Assembly (NCBI GenBank): GCA_046563655.1
Contig: CM102287.1
Coordinates: forward strand, 9,610,001 to 9,674,000
DNA from: Yuukianura sp. NJ FZ-2021
Lineage: Eukaryota
Length of the DNA stretch: 64,000 nucleotides
Direction: 5' to 3'
Under the pieces are notes generated by a model that saw nothing but the letters and a program-made list of their open reading frames with translations, was not told the DNA's origin and searched no databases. A program made the position numbers and the translations under genes. Numbering within the stretch: position 1 is the stretch's first letter; the number at the start of each line of letters is the position of its first letter. Positions 11,401 to 25,687 of the stretch are shown piece after piece.

Positions 11401-13316
11401 GTGACAATCATAGGAATTGGACACACTCCAGAAATTCTGCGATAATGAATGGGCAGATTACCGTAGAGCATGCAAAAATCATGACACTAGACAAACAGAA
11501 CTTAATGTCAAGTGTCATGGCATGTCACGAGTTGGTCACTTATGAATCTCTTACTATGCATCGTTGATTTACTACTATGCATCGTTAACGTTTTTGAGAT
11601 CATGTGTGGACTTTCTGGACTCAAGTGAAGTAATGTTTGTTAATTCATGGAATCCACGAGTTAACAAAATTACGCAGTTTGTTTAACTTGTTTTCCATTT
11701 ATTGTGTAAACTAACTTAAACATGATAACTTATCATAACTGAAGCTAATTCTTGTTTCTTCAATTAAACTAGGTACACATCCGAGTCGTACTAAAACTAC
11801 CAAGTCCAAACCAGATTTGCTCATCGCCGTTCTTCCACCACACATCTTCTTCCCTTTTCGTTAATCATCCATCGCAAGAACAACAATTAAGAGTGTATAC
11901 TTGGACTGGATCTTCTGGATGAGTCATCTTACAGTTCAAGATAGATGCATTCCACTACCATTGTTTTGTGTTGACACTTTCCAACATGACGATACTCTAA
12001 CTGTGCAAACTGGAATGTTACCCCATTTATAAATCTGTCCTTAAGCACCGCCCCTTGAGATACTTAAGTTATGAAATCATCAATTGTTTAACCAATTACT
12101 TTATTTTTTGCTACAACGTTAATCGTTAACTATTAAACTATCTTTTTTGTATCTGAATTTAAGCAGGACAGCTTGCGTCACTAACACCGTCCGGAGTTGT
12201 TATTTTTTACTGGAATTGTAAACTCAGGCAGCAAAATCTGTTCTAAGTCGGCATAATTTGTGCCAACCTTGGGATAAGCGCAAGTACAAGTGTTAACAAT
12301 AATAATAAACAAACTGTTCGTGTTCATACAACGGATGGGCTAATTTCAATTTCAAAGTGGTTTTTTACCTATGTGCAAAAAATTTCGCAAATTGGCACTC
12401 CATTTCATAAATTTCGCAACGAATTTTGCACAGAATTTAGGGTGGTTTGGGCCGGTTGCAGAAGCCACTTGTGGAGAAGCGTCACTTTTAGCCAGCGTCA
12501 CACTAATTCTGTGAAACTGTTGTGACCTTATTGGATTTAAAAAAGACATTTATAGCAACTTAATAACTATTAAGTGTCAAATTTTAAATCTTGCATGATT
12601 ACTAACTGAATGACCTCTCTCTCCAAAAGGTCATGACACGACATTTTCAATTCAACGCCACTCCAACAAATGCTCTAGCGTCCTAGCTGCAATAAATTCT
12701 TAGCGGAAGGTACCCGTCTGTTTCTGGATCTGTATCCGTAGTTTACAGGCTTTCCAGATCAACGCCAATATTTGGCGGCTAATCTTAATTAAATTAACTT
12801 CCCTATTCAATGACTAATGAATCTTTTAACACATTTGTGTTTAATTAATCTGTGTACCTTTGTAATTTATGAGGGTGAACTTTCGATTGAATGCTATTGT
12901 CCAAAGAAAATTAAAATCATTATTGTTCTTAGAATCACGGTTTCTGACGCTATGTTTGAAAAGACCGCCAAATTTTAAATAAGTGCCAACAAATTTATTG
13001 TGCAAAAAAATGAGTTGTAAACAAAAACAGATGACAAGATGTTAAAATCTTGACAAGTGTAAGTTACCGCTTTCTTCTTCCTTGTGGTAAGGTAAACTGT
13101 CAAATTGGTTGAATTAATTGCTTAACTCAATTACTTTGGAGGGTAAGGTGTTGAATAGGCTTTCGTGGAGAAGTTGTCATTGCTCGAATCGGCACAGGTG
13201 AAATATTATTTCGAATGTTTTTGTTATTCACTCTTTTAACGTATGTTAAGATGATTAATTGAATAATCTGTTCTAGATTTAGTGGTTACTGAATCTAGAC
13301 TGACGGAGGTATAAAC

Positions 13317-16300
13317 ATGGATAACAGCAATACAGAAGAGAATCAGCAGCAGCCTGTGAAGACCGCGGAGGCGGGAGTACCGTTGGACACAGCTGTTAAG
13401 GTTCTGGAGGTGACTGCCAAGCAAATTGTCGACAGAATTAGCAGTGCCGGTATCGGAGATTCCGAATTCCCTGGATCCGTTTCGTCAACACCAAAAAGAG
13501 GATCCAAAGTTCGGACGATATCGGAAACTAGTGTTTCTTCTACGCGAAGTGGACGTTTGAATTCGTCCAATGAAGATTCAGTGCCTATACCATTACCAAC
13601 TGCATCTGCTTCAGCCCCATCAGCAGAAAGCAGTTTGGTCAATACTTCCTCAGCATCAAGCCAACCATCTCCCGATTCAGGTTCAAATGTTCCCAAAAGC
13701 AGCTCTCCAACTCAATCCAAACGAACTCAAAAGTTGCTAACTGTGCTTCAAGTAAGTTTCTGATCCTGGGTAGAGTCTAATTTATCACATGTGACTAATT
13801 AGTTTTCTGTTTTTAGCACTGGATAAAAGATGTGAGTGACAAGAAAGGGACCAAAGAGGGAGAAGTATTTCATCCTACTGGACACCGTGACAACCTGTAT
13901 TATCTGTCAAGTATTGAATCATTTGCTCGTGACCTTCCGCATTCTAGTCAGGAAGCTTTGGCCCAAAAATTTTCATCCAATCTTCTCAATTGGATCAAAC
14001 ATCTTTTCCATTTCCAGTAAGAAATGTCCAGTTTCTTCTAAAAACGTTTTTTGAAAGTTTTAAAACGTTTCTTTTTCAGAGATGTGTGTGAAGGTGATGT
14101 AGAATACAATCAAATTCTGCCGCACTGGGAGAAGGAAGATGGACTCATAGCCATGACCAAATGGCAACTCCATCTCCATTTTCCGAATCTTCTGTTCAGT
14201 GGTTTCGATACTTTTGCTCAAGAGGATCGATTTCCAGTCATTTACTGCTCAGATGAAGATGTTGGAATTCAAGTCACATCGTCCGTAAGCAACCAATACT
14301 TTACTATGAAAATCATCATTTTTTCTTGGAAAATTCATTTGTGATTGTGTCTTTTGTTATTTTTAGTTGGGTCTTTCAAAAGAGTGCTTTAGTCTCGTCG
14401 AGACAATGGAAAATGACTGGGTAAACACATTCGAGGAACTGATTCTGTTCGACAAGAAGAGAAACATCACCCCAATTATTTTCTTAATCAACATTGGCAA
14501 AAGTAACTTAAAATCAACCAGCTAAAACATCAGCACAACATTCAAATCCCAAATAATCCACAAATAATTTCAATTTTTTCAGCCTCCAAAAACTTAGAGA
14601 AGGGTTGTCACCTCGCCGAAGTTCACCAAATTCCGGTCCACATTTTTGGCAGAAACACTTTTTCGTATTTTGCCAAACGTCCAGAATTGGATCAAATCGG
14701 AAACAGTTTCACTGTTGACCTGAATCCATGGATTCCCAGCCCGCCGATTCCTCATTTGGTAACACAAATACAATATTTTCATTTTGAAAACTTTTTTTCA
14801 AGCACTCAATTTTGAAAAATGTTTTGTTTTAGACAATCTACAAAAAGCCGCTCAAAAGTGATCAGACACAACTTCGAGTCTGTGGACTTGCTCCTCGGAA
14901 CAAAAATCTACAGTTACTTACTCCTTGGTTCTGCACTGAAGTAAACCATGTCACACTTAACATCATTATCATCAAAAACTGTTTTATTTGTCCTTTGACC
15001 TACTAAACTGTTAGTACTAAGACTACTAAAACTAAACTACTATTGTTACATTTTATAGGCTTTTGGTCCAGTTAATACCAAATCACACATTGAGGAAGTG
15101 TGTGAACTAGGACAGTTTCTACTCACCCTTTTGAAAAAGTATTCTTTCCTGTCAATCATCGTAAGTCTCTTGGTTTCTACCAACTTCAACTAAACAATTT
15201 TAACCCAATTTTTGTATTTTTAGCCCAACTGGAGTACCTTGACGGATGGACAAGTCATTGTCTCGTCGCTGATTTTCCGATTTCGGCCGAAAGTGGACGA
15301 AGCAGAGCCAAAATTGACAAACGGCGAAGTGTCTGAAGATCCCTCTCCACAGTATGTGAACGTCCTCAATTCTTGGGTAAGTTCAAATCAAAATGAAAGA
15401 TTTTCAAAAATGTCATTTTTAGAAAATGTTGTTGAAATTTTGAAAAACTGTTTTCCATTTCAGCTGTACCACATTTTTGAGCGAGACTTCAAAGAGCAAC
15501 TGCATATTGAATTTGTTGACGTCAACGGAAACTGGCACATCCTGTTTGACGTTCTCAAGACGCAGAAGTTGACGGCAGCAGATGAACAAGGAATTGAAAA
15601 ACTGTTTGAACATCACATGCAAGTTTTGCATTCAACAGTTGTTAAAAAACGGGAATTTTCTCGTCTTGTGGCAGAAACGACAGAACTGGAAGATGTAGAC
15701 TACGACAGTTCTTGGGCTGGACTAGGAGCTGTTCGCTACATTCCAAAGTTCTATAGAGAAGAAGCGGCTAGGAAAGTGGGCGGAGTCAATGGTCCAGATG
15801 CCCCGCCCCAGAAGAGAGCTCCGCCCCCTGTTCCAGCCAATGAAGATCCAGGATTACATAGGAAGTCAAACATTAATCACCTCAATGCACAAATAGTTGA
15901 CAAACTTAAGGCAATTGACAATGCCTTTTCACTGGGTAAGTTTTCAAAAAAAAAACGATTAAGTTGGAATTCTACTTTTCAAAATTTCGAAACTTTTTTT
16001 TTCTGCCCGTAGGCGTTTATGGTGACGGTGATTGGTGCGTGCAGTTCGGTATGGTTACGGACGAAACCGAAGTTTCCGAATTGCTTCGTCTTGTCATTGC
16101 CACTGGAGAAGACATTGAAGAAAGTTCGGAATTTTTTCAACAAATGAGTGAACTTGTGAAAAAAGGTTCGGGAAAAAAGTCGATTATTTTGATTTTAATT
16201 TCTATTAGCGGTTCTTCAATTGTTTTTAGGAATTGAACGGGCTACGGAAGAGCTGAAACGAGAGAGCGAAGAAGCAATGTGGGAAGAAGGAATTTTGCGA

Positions 16301-16504
16301 CGTGTTCCAGTAGTTGGAACTTTCGTTAATTGGTTTTCACCTCCAGCACGAGAATCGGGTATCAGGGGCAGAGCATTGAATTTGGCTCAAGGACGAGTTG
16401 AAAGTACTGAAAATATTTACAAGTATCACATGCAAGTGGAAGCTCCGTCATCCCCTACTCCTGAGTCCAGCAACTTCCTAAACCGACTTTCTGTGTCCAA
16501 GTAA
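13317..16504 (+). CDS. PDXDC1: Pyridoxal-dependent decarboxylase domain-containing protein 1
   Basis: WAGLGAVRYIP, LNAQIVDKLKAIDNAFSLG, CVQFGMVT, DIEESSEFFQQMSELVKKGIE and EEGILRRVPVVGTFVNWFSP...GIRGRALNL..GRVESTENIYKYH are characteristic of PDXDC1. Confidence 0.92.
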
Positions 16505-16852
16505 TCGCTGAAAAACTGAAGAAGAAGGAAGTTCAAGCGATCATGTCAAACCAAAGTGGGCCTTGCGCCAAACAATTTTCAAAAAAAATATGCTTATGAA
16601 ATCCTCCTACTCCTACACCCACCTACTCTAAATGCACTTAAGAATTAAGTTATTAATCGTAAACCCAGGTTTGCAATTAATTAATGGAATGGTTAATTAG
16701 TTAATTAAAATATAAATTATTTGTTGAAATTTTAGATTTGCATGAGCAAGGTCGGGGTCAGTTAGGTCTGGCTGGGAATAAAGGCTATTTTATCCTAATT
16801 TCTCAAGATGTAATCGATTACTGCAATAATCGATTAATATCATAGTAATCGA

Positions 16853-19420
16853 TTACTTCCGATGGTCCTGAGCGTATCCGACTTGTGGCGGAGCCACTTC
16901 GTCTTTGTACCGTTGTTCTTCTAAGGCCTTGAGTTCTCTGCGCAGAATCTTTCCACTGATGGTCTTAGGAAGTTCCACAACAAATTCAATTCTGCGTGGA
17001 TACTTGTAGGGAGCTGTGTGTTTTTTGCAGTAGTTTTGGAGTTCAGCGATTAACTTCTGTTCGTCACAGTCCTTGTACTCAGCAGACAGAACAATAAAGG
17101 CTTTGACGACACTGCCACGCTCAGGATGTGGAGAAGCGACAACAGCATTCTCAGCTACTGCTGGATGGTTCTGCAGAACTGATTCGATTTCAGATGGTCC
17201 AATTCGATATCTACAGAAAGGTCACCGTTAGGTCAAAGGTCAAGTTAGTCGAGGTAAATGTTAACTTTAAATGTTAAATTGTTACCCTGCGGATATAATT
17301 ACGTCGTCACTTCGTCCAACATAGTACAAGTGACCTTCAGCGTCTTGAATTCCACGGTCACCAGTCAAATAGTAGTCGCCAACAAACGCTTTATGATTTT
17401 CTTCAACTTCCACTCCAACTCCAGATTCCTTGACGTAACCTAAAGTTTTCAAAAGGTCAAAGGTCAACTGTACTAAACAAAATCAAAATTTTAGTTTCTC
17501 AACTCTTGAATTCTTTTTTGAAATTATGAACCTTTGAATAAGCCAATGGGTCGTTGCGGTTTGACCTTGATGGCAAGGTTTCCTTCTGTTCCTCTTGGAA
17601 CTTCTTGGCCAGCATCATCCGTCACCTTAGTCACAAATTAGAGATGGAAATTTAATTAAAGGTCAAAGGTCAACACTCATTTAAAAAACGTCATGTTTAG
17701 GCTTACGCGAATATCGTAGCCAAAGGAAGCAAGGCCCAAGGAATGATCTTTCCGTTTGTCCCCCTTTTGATATCCAACAGCAGCCGTGCATTCGGTTTGG
17801 CCATATAGTGGTTCCAAGGGCACTGTCAAATAGGTCAAAGGTCAAGTGAATAAGTGAAACTTTCAAAAAAGTTCTTGTGATTCCTGTTTTAGAGTGACTT
17901 ACAGTTTGTCTTTTCTGTCCACGCTCTGACGACTTCTGGCTGCACGGCTTCACCGCCAGTGACAGCGTACTGGAGAGATTTGAATTTGAAAAGGGCGGGG
18001 TCAGTTTCTTGAACGATTGACCTGAACAGGGTTGGTGGAGCACAGAAGCCTTTGATTGGTCGGCTACAAAGTACCTCCAGAACTTTTTTGGCTTCGAAAC
18101 GTTCCATCTGTAAAATGTAAAAATGTCAGTTCAAACTTGGACACACCGTGGCCAACGTCAAGATTGACCGTGTGACGTTTTGAAATCGTTAAAAAGTTGA
18201 TTGACCTGGTGAATGTACACTCCGGCACCGGCTATCCAAGGAGCGTAAAAATTTCCGTACGCTGATTTGGCCCACCCAGGATCAGAAATGTTCCAGTACA
18301 GGTCATTTTTCTTGATTGTCATCAACCTGTCGTCACAAAAACGAAAAATTAGGCTCTACTCTAAAACTGACAGTGTTGGTAGTTTGAAAAAGCAAATCGT
18401 CGTAAGTCAATTACTTGGTGGATTGGTAGTGTCCAATTCCATATGACGAATGAGCAATGGCCACTCGCTTCGGCTTTCCTGGAAGGAAGACAAAAATGTA
18501 ACATATGCTAATGCTGGAAGTATTTAAAAGAATGCTGGATGATGGATGCTGGAAGTTTTTAGTACCTGTCGTTCCACTTGTGAAGTACATCTGTGAAATG
18601 TCAGAACTTTTTGTGCGTGAATCCAGGAACTCCAGTATATCAGTGTCCATGACATCCTCGGCAATGTCGTCATACCGAATCCAGTTCTCTGCCGTGATGT
18701 GTTCAATTCTCCGTTTCTTCGGAACAACAATTTTAATTGGAAGTTGACTTTTCATAGCACAGATTCTCTGAGCCTCTTCTATCTTCCACATATTTTCGTC
18801 ATCAGTAATGACGAGACGTGGTTTAGCAGCTTGGAGTCGATATGCAATGTCTTCCGGTGTCAATTGAGTCGTAGCGGGACAAACGATTGTGCCTAGCCGA
18901 AGAGAGGCGAGGTGGAAGAACCACCATTCGGGAACTCTCGGTAGCAAAATGAAGATGGTCGTATGTGGTGGAATGCGTAACGACTTTGGTGAGTCCACTT
19001 TTCTCGGGTCAATTGTTCTGGATAACGCAACGGCAGCCCGGACAGATTCGTTGCGCAGTTGCGACCACGTCCATTGTCTAGAAAGTGAATCTCCTTCTAC
19101 CCAAAGTGCCAACTTCGTTGGATCCGATAGCTAAAATTAGTTAAAGATTCAATTAATTATTACCAATTAAATTATGTAAATAGTTAATGTAATTCAATTA
19201 CTCCCACAATGCGATCATTAACGTAACTTACAACATGGGAGTCAAATACGTCGGAAGCAAAGTTAAAATATTCAGGTGGCGTGCCTGTTCTGAACACATT
19301 TTCAAAGTCAAAGCTCTTGAAGACCGCAGAAGCTTTAGAAAAGAAGCGGTGGTTGTTCAATTGGTGACCTCTTGACCTCTGACATTGGATCAACAACTTG
19401 ACACCTCTTGTCAACCGCAT
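16853..19420 (-). CDS. Mitochondrial medium-chain acyl-CoA synthetase (ACSM family)
   Basis: [81 protein letters not shown] and [13 protein letters not shown], with a basic presequence. Confidence 0.93.
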
Positions 19421-20011
19421 TTCCAGAATTCTAGATAAACAGCTGACACTCCCTACAGTAATTGACAACAAAGTTAAAGTTAATTTACAGTCTTTGGCTT
19501 GTTCGCTTGTTAGAAGTCAAAAACAATACAAAAGCTTACCCAATTCCCAGATTTCGTCTAAATTTCAACGTCAAGGACGATTTTTGCCCAGGAGTCCGAT
19601 GGCAATTCAATTAATTAAATTTGACTAAATTTAATTGCAAAAAGCCGATTTATGTTGCAACTACCACAAGAAATCGGCTTATGTTAACAAAACCAACTCC
19701 ACAACTTGTCCTCTGGAGCAGCAAAAAAATCAAGTGGAGGGACGTGCATGGATAATAAGGTGAAGAAACAACTAAAAATCAAGGTCATCAGTGCAATCCC
19801 CACTCTAATTAATCCAATGTTATTTTTATTAGTTAATTACAATTTTATTAGTTAATTACATTTAAAGTATTTAGTTAATCCGAAAATTTTAATTTGTTAT
19901 GTGACATGTCCGTTTCTTCCTGAAACTCTTGGGGTTTTAGTTTTAAAAGCTGTGATTCCTTACTGATGAACGATTGATAGACGTATTGATGACGTAATTG
20001 AACGTAATCGA

Positions 20012-22662
20012 TTAAGAGAGCAACTTGCTCAGAAAATGCTGCATGACGATGGTGGACAGAAGAGCAAAAGTGGACACGAGAACTGTTTGGGCTCCACTCA
20101 TTGCGTAAGGGACAGTTGTCCTTTCGAGGTAGGCCAACATGGAGTCCTTGTAGGCATTTAGGTATGTGACCTTGTTGAGGAACTCGGTGAGCTTCTCTCG
20201 ACATGCAGTATGGTAGTCATTGATCCACATCAACTACAAATGTCACAAGAATTATTCAAAAGTAAGATATCCGTGTGACGTTTTTTTGACGTTTGACATA
20301 TTGACATTTGATGTGTGTGAACACTTACCTCTTCATCAGTCAACAATGTTGGGTCAATCAGACTCTGCTGAATTGGGACAAAACTGATAGTTTCGAATGT
20401 CAAGTACTGTCCGTCAGTGCTGCCGTCAGCAGCCTTCACCAGGACGACATTCTCCAGCCGAATTCCGTATTCTCCCTCTTCGTAGTAACCAGGTCTAAAA
20501 AGTAAAACAAAAAATTTGAAAACGTTCAAAATTCGAACAAATATTTTTTTCTGTATTACTCGTTGGTCATGACCATTCCAGCTTCGAGGCCTGAATCGTC
20601 CTCCTTCGGATAGTTGCCTATCCCCTGAGGCCCTTCGTGGATAATTCCGTAGTGACCAATTCCATGTCCAGTTCCATGTGCATAGTCAGCCTTCACTTCC
20701 CACAGTGAGTTTCTGGCAAAAGCGTCCAGTTGATGTCCAGTCGTTTTCTTCGGGAAAATCGACGTGCCCAGTTGAATAAGGCCTTTGAGCACCTGAAAAA
20801 ATTTTAAGCTCCATCAACATTTCCAGAGTTTTTCTTGACCTTTGACCTTCCATTTCAAAATTTGGACTTACCCGGGTAAACATTTCTCTTTGCCTGTCAG
20901 TGGCTACTCCAAAGTGGACTGTCCTTGAGATATCGGTGGTTCCATCTTGGTACTGGCCCATCGTGTCCAACAAGTACACATTGCTTGAGTTTATCTTAGA
21001 ATCTGTCTCTGGAACTGGATTGTAGTGAATGATGGCAGCATTTGAGCCTGAAGCAGAAATCGATCCGTAGCTGGCAACAAAGTGTTGGTTTGGATCTGCT
21101 GCAGCCAATCTACAAAATTTTTCATTACAAACAGGCCAACATTTCAGATCAAAAGTTTTCAAAAAGTTTTACCCTTTGATTTTATCCAGCTCCTCTCGAC
21201 CCGAAATTTCCGTGATGCCGGTCTTTCCACTGGCGATTTCCGTCTCGAGCCAGCTCAGATACGCCACAATCGCTGCAGATTCTCTCAAATTGGCGTTCTT
21301 CATTCCTTCAATTTCAGTTGGATTCTTAATTGCTTTGAGCATCGCAACTGGACTCAGTTCCACCACCAATCGCTTCCCTCCTGGTACCACGCTTGCCATT
21401 CGGTAGTTGACATACTTGCTCACCCACACACTAGCAATTTCAGCTAACACGACCTGGATAATGAAACAAATCAAATATGAAATACTACTCCTGCACAGTA
21501 CATATCTACTTTTAGTAAGTAAATACTTTTAGTATTTCATTAATGAGTCATTACTAAAAAATTTTAAGTCAATGTGATCTGATGATTTACCTCATCTTCG
21601 AAAAGTTTTTTGGCCATTGAATAGTCACCATTATCACCAAATTCACCATTTTCAACTTTGACCCCCATGGCTTCCAACTCTAGGACAGCATCGTAAGGGG
21701 GGATCACACCACTTTGAATGATCAACTTGGCCGTGTCTTTCCGAATGGTTGCATATGAGTAGAACATCGGTGGAAGATCGGTTCCTCTCCAGTTGAACAA
21801 CCCTGAACATTGAAAAAAAAAGTTTTTCGAAAAACTATAAAATATGCCATAAAACTAAAATTCTACAAAATGAAAACAATATAGTGAAAAACTTGCATCC
21901 AATTTCCTCCAGTTCAGAGAGGAGCAACAGGTCAACATTTTCTTCCGCCATTTTTTCTCGTACTAGTCTCAGCTTCTCTGCCACGTCCATTCCAGCTAGA
22001 CTTACATCCAAAGCCGTAATGTCTTCCGTGGGACACAGTGGCAAACCGATATCCGGAATACCGTCCACGATATTCACAGGATTTGTGTCGTCTTTCAACT
22101 CAATTTCACCATCGACCAGGTCTGCCTCCATTTTTTCAAACGTGGACTTCGGATACAACTGGCCATCCACCCCCACGGCACTCCCCTTCGGCAATGTGCT
22201 TTTGAGCCATTCCGCTTCTGTTTGGTCTACACCTAAACAAGTAGTCATGAATCAATTACTTTTTATATAAATTAATATAAATTTAAATATTTTATAACTA
22301 AATTTTACCATCTCTCATTAATGTCCAGTAGTCCAAATCCAATTGGCTCTCGGCCTGAAGCCAGTAGCGTCCATCGGTCCACAGGAGGGCCTTAGTGTCC
22401 GTGATGATCACGCGAGCTGCACTGCCAGTAAACCCCGAAATTGCTTTGATTCTTTCTTCACAAGGCGCCGTACTTTCGCTCTATAATTTAAAAAATATGG
22501 AATTGAACAATATTTTGACTAATTTTGAAAATTAAAAAAAAGTGGTTTTACATAGTGTGGTCCGTTGTACGGAATGATGTAGGCGTCAAACCCCCTTTGA
22601 CTCATTTCCGTTCGGAGGGCCCCTAGAATGGCAGCGGTGCTTAGAAACGATGACATCAACAT
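20012..22662 (-). CDS. Xaa-Pro aminopeptidase (aminopeptidase P, M24B) with a GPI-signal-like C-terminus
   Basis: ISGFTGSA, ALLWTDGRYWLQAE, AIKNPTEIEGM, LDTMGQYQDGTTDISRT, HGTGHGIG..IHEGP and NEPGYYEEGEYGIRLEN, with the metal ligands intact. Hydrophobic tail SGAQTVLVSTFALLSTIV. The true start may lie further upstream. Confidence 0.92.
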
Positions 22663-22964
22663 GGTGGCTGCGGTAGTGCGTGATTCAACTGTAACTAAAA
22701 CTTGGAATTCTTCCGAAGTATAACGTAGGTAGAGTCTAATCTGATCTAAAAACTAAGTACAATTACAAATTAGATTAGTTTCGCAAACAATTAAGTGCTA
22801 AAAAGCAGATTAGAACCAATTCCAACAAAAACTGCTAGCCGACTGCTGCAGAATTGTATTTTTCAATTAATGTCCGAAAATTATTCCACTCTACGTCATT
22901 TGGCACTCAATCGACGCAACCCTGGTGCGAAATCTTATCAATCTTTTTGAATTTTGTGTTTAGC

Positions 22965-23987
22965 TCATATCGAAGTGTCCAGAAGAATCCAAATCAACAA
23001 GTAGACAAAGTAGAAGTAGTTGATGACTGATCTACGATTGGCACTGTCGTGATACAGTTTTGGTTGGTTGAGTCGTATGGGATGAGGAATGTATCCACGG
23101 TCAGAGTCCAAATGCTTCGCAACACTGGCCATGTCCAACTGACCAAAGACGTTAAGTTTCGGATCGTAAACGCTCTTGGCCCAAATTATGATCAAATCAT
23201 TCTGGAAAATAAACAGAAAGCATGATTTTTAGTTTTAAAAAGTGATATTTAGAAGACTAACGGTCAGATCGACGTCGAATTCGTTTCCAGTGGAGGCTTT
23301 TCGTTTGAAATAAATGATCGTGTTGTTATCCGAACCGCGTGCCATTTTAGGCCATGTCGTATTGCCATTGGTAAAGTTACTTTCAATCCAAGCACTCTCT
23401 CCTGAATCTTCACTAAGAACTCCATTCTCTTCGGAAAACATGTCCTGGCAGGTGAAAACAATTGAAAGTAATTGATTACTAATTGAAAAAGTCGGTGAAG
23501 TGATTCATTCATGGGATAGAATTGACTATTCCGCTGATCCACTGATATGGATCGAAATCAGCGTATCCGCGAAATAGTCCGTCCGGCAATTGATCTTACA
23601 TGAATGTGAACTTCGTCGTTGTCGTCGATCCATCCAAGAACAATGTCGCAATGTTCCATCATTTGACCTTTTGTTCTCTCCAAGGGATCGCAGAATCCAA
23701 CGGCTAAAAAAAGTCAGAAAAAAGTTCAAGTCAAAGTTCATTCAACGTTTGAATGAATTTTTGAACGTGGACGTACCGACGTATCCATCTGTACCTGACT
23801 CCATCATCATTTCGAATTCGCCCAATTCATTTTCCCGCCTCCACCGAAACGTGACATTGTTGTAATTGGTTTCAAAGTTATAGTATTCATAGGTAGATCG
23901 TGTAGGTAAGCGTGTTGCTAAGTCTAAGTATTGACCTTTGACCTCAATCAGTATCGAAACAAGCCAAAGCACTATGACCTTTACCAT
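22965..23987 (-). CDS. Secreted, probably GPI-anchored single-DOMON-domain protein
   Basis: Signal MVKVIVLWLVSILIEVKG, then TFRW, GYVAVGF...GQMMEHCDIVLGWIDD, IIYFKRK..TG..FDVDL and IIIWA..H, ending in a hydrophobic C-terminus. Confidence 0.8.
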
Positions 23988-24198
23988 TACTCGAAAAGAC
24001 AGTGGAATCAAGCTTGTGGCAAAAGTAGGGAATGTACTTTTAAAACGAACAAAAGTAAGAAAGAGTGACAATAGTGCAGTATTTTCGTTACCAAGTTTAT
24101 AAACAATTAGTAGGCAGCAGGTATTTCCAAAGCAGCAGAAGGTTCAGCAAGATTCAGAATTTGATTGACATTGTTGAAAACTCAACGCACTACTGTTG

Positions 24199-25088
24199 TT
24201 ATGCGGCTGGATTTGGATCATTTTGAAAACTGTTAACATCAGCGGACGTTGTTGTGGAAGGTGCACGAGTTGCTCTCGGACCGCCTGCTTCACCAGTACT
24301 GGCGCCAGTTCCTTCCTTATCCTTACGAATGTCATTGTACAACAAGAATCCCAAAACGACACTGCAAATACCTTGGATGATGGCGAATACCTGAAAAAAC
24401 TTTTATGTTCAAAGCGGAAACTAAGATGCTTAATATCTAATTAGTAATTACCCACGCAGCACATGCAAATCCTAGTTTGGTTTTGACAACGCAGTCTGGG
24501 TTAGAGCTAGACGCCCCTTCACCACATTCGAGTTTACCAACCTTCGTCCAGAAAGTGAACACCAAAAGTGCAATCCACCAAAGGCAGATGAGGACGATAA
24601 CTCCTCCGGCAGCTCCATTAACTCCTCCATCCTTGAGACATCATAAGAATAAGAAACGTTTTCAATTGTCAAAACTACGTCCGGAAGTGTCAATTATTCA
24701 CAGTCATACCACTTGCTTCAATACAGTCTGGTCGATATCCGGTCGATTACCAATTCTGAGAAGTATTGTTGCCCATGCGAATTGGAACAAGTACAAAATG
24801 ATGACAATGAATCCAAACAGACCGAACCAGGTCACTTCATCCACGTGGTGCGCTGATTTCGAAGACGAGTAGAATTGTTCTATAACAGTGGTCACAAGGA
24901 CAAGCAACCCAGCAAACTGTTGACCAAAGCATGATATTAATCGATTAACAGTATCACGAATCTAGAATCATAAGTTACTACGTGAGACAACGACAAGTAA
25001 ACGTTTGACTTACCAATAAAATGATTCGGCACAATCCATGCCTGCCTTGGAAGGCAGCGGATAAGTTCATGAACTCACAACCCCTCAT
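24199..25088 (-). CDS. MARVEL-like 4-TM protein, paralogue A
   Basis: MRGCEFMNLSAAFQGRHGLCRIILL|FAGLLVLV...KQV|DGGVNGAAGGVIVLICLWW...FACAAW|VFAIIQGICSVVLG; four exons with phase-0 introns, as in the neighbours. Confidence 0.65.
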
Positions 25089-25687
25089 TTTCTGCTATAG
25101 TTGATTCTTGAGTAAACCGTTAATCGCACAACGAATTCGTTAGTCAATTATCGAACTAATACTCATGTAGTAGTATTGTCTTTAGTTTGTAAAATGGAAG
25201 AAACCATACAAAATGGCTAGCAAAATTTAAAATTCTGGATGCCGTAAGAAATAACGACAGCCATCGTAGCCACCCTGGCGACCATCTTGTGTGGGTGGCT
25301 AGAATACGCAGCTACACCTAATCGCAACATTTTAGCCGCTAGAGCTTTAACACAAGCCTAATCTAAAGTGGCAACATAAGTAGCCGTACAGTGTTGTCAT
25401 CCATTAACTGTAGTCTCATCAAAGTTGCTACATAACGATATTTAGTTAACCCTTACTCCAACCAAAATTATTACAAAAATCAGCTGATTATTTAAACAAA
25501 AAACCCCGCGCCACCCGACGCATGCGTAGACATTTTTACTTTGTTCCCACGCTTTCCCTTCTTCTAAAGGCCAACGACCTCTCGGAATTTTCAAAATTCA
25601 TTGTTTACTTTCAAAATTTCCAGAAAACTCTTCAAAATTTTATTGTCATTCGAATTTGGTTTGGAACTTTCCTCGGTTTTATATGTG

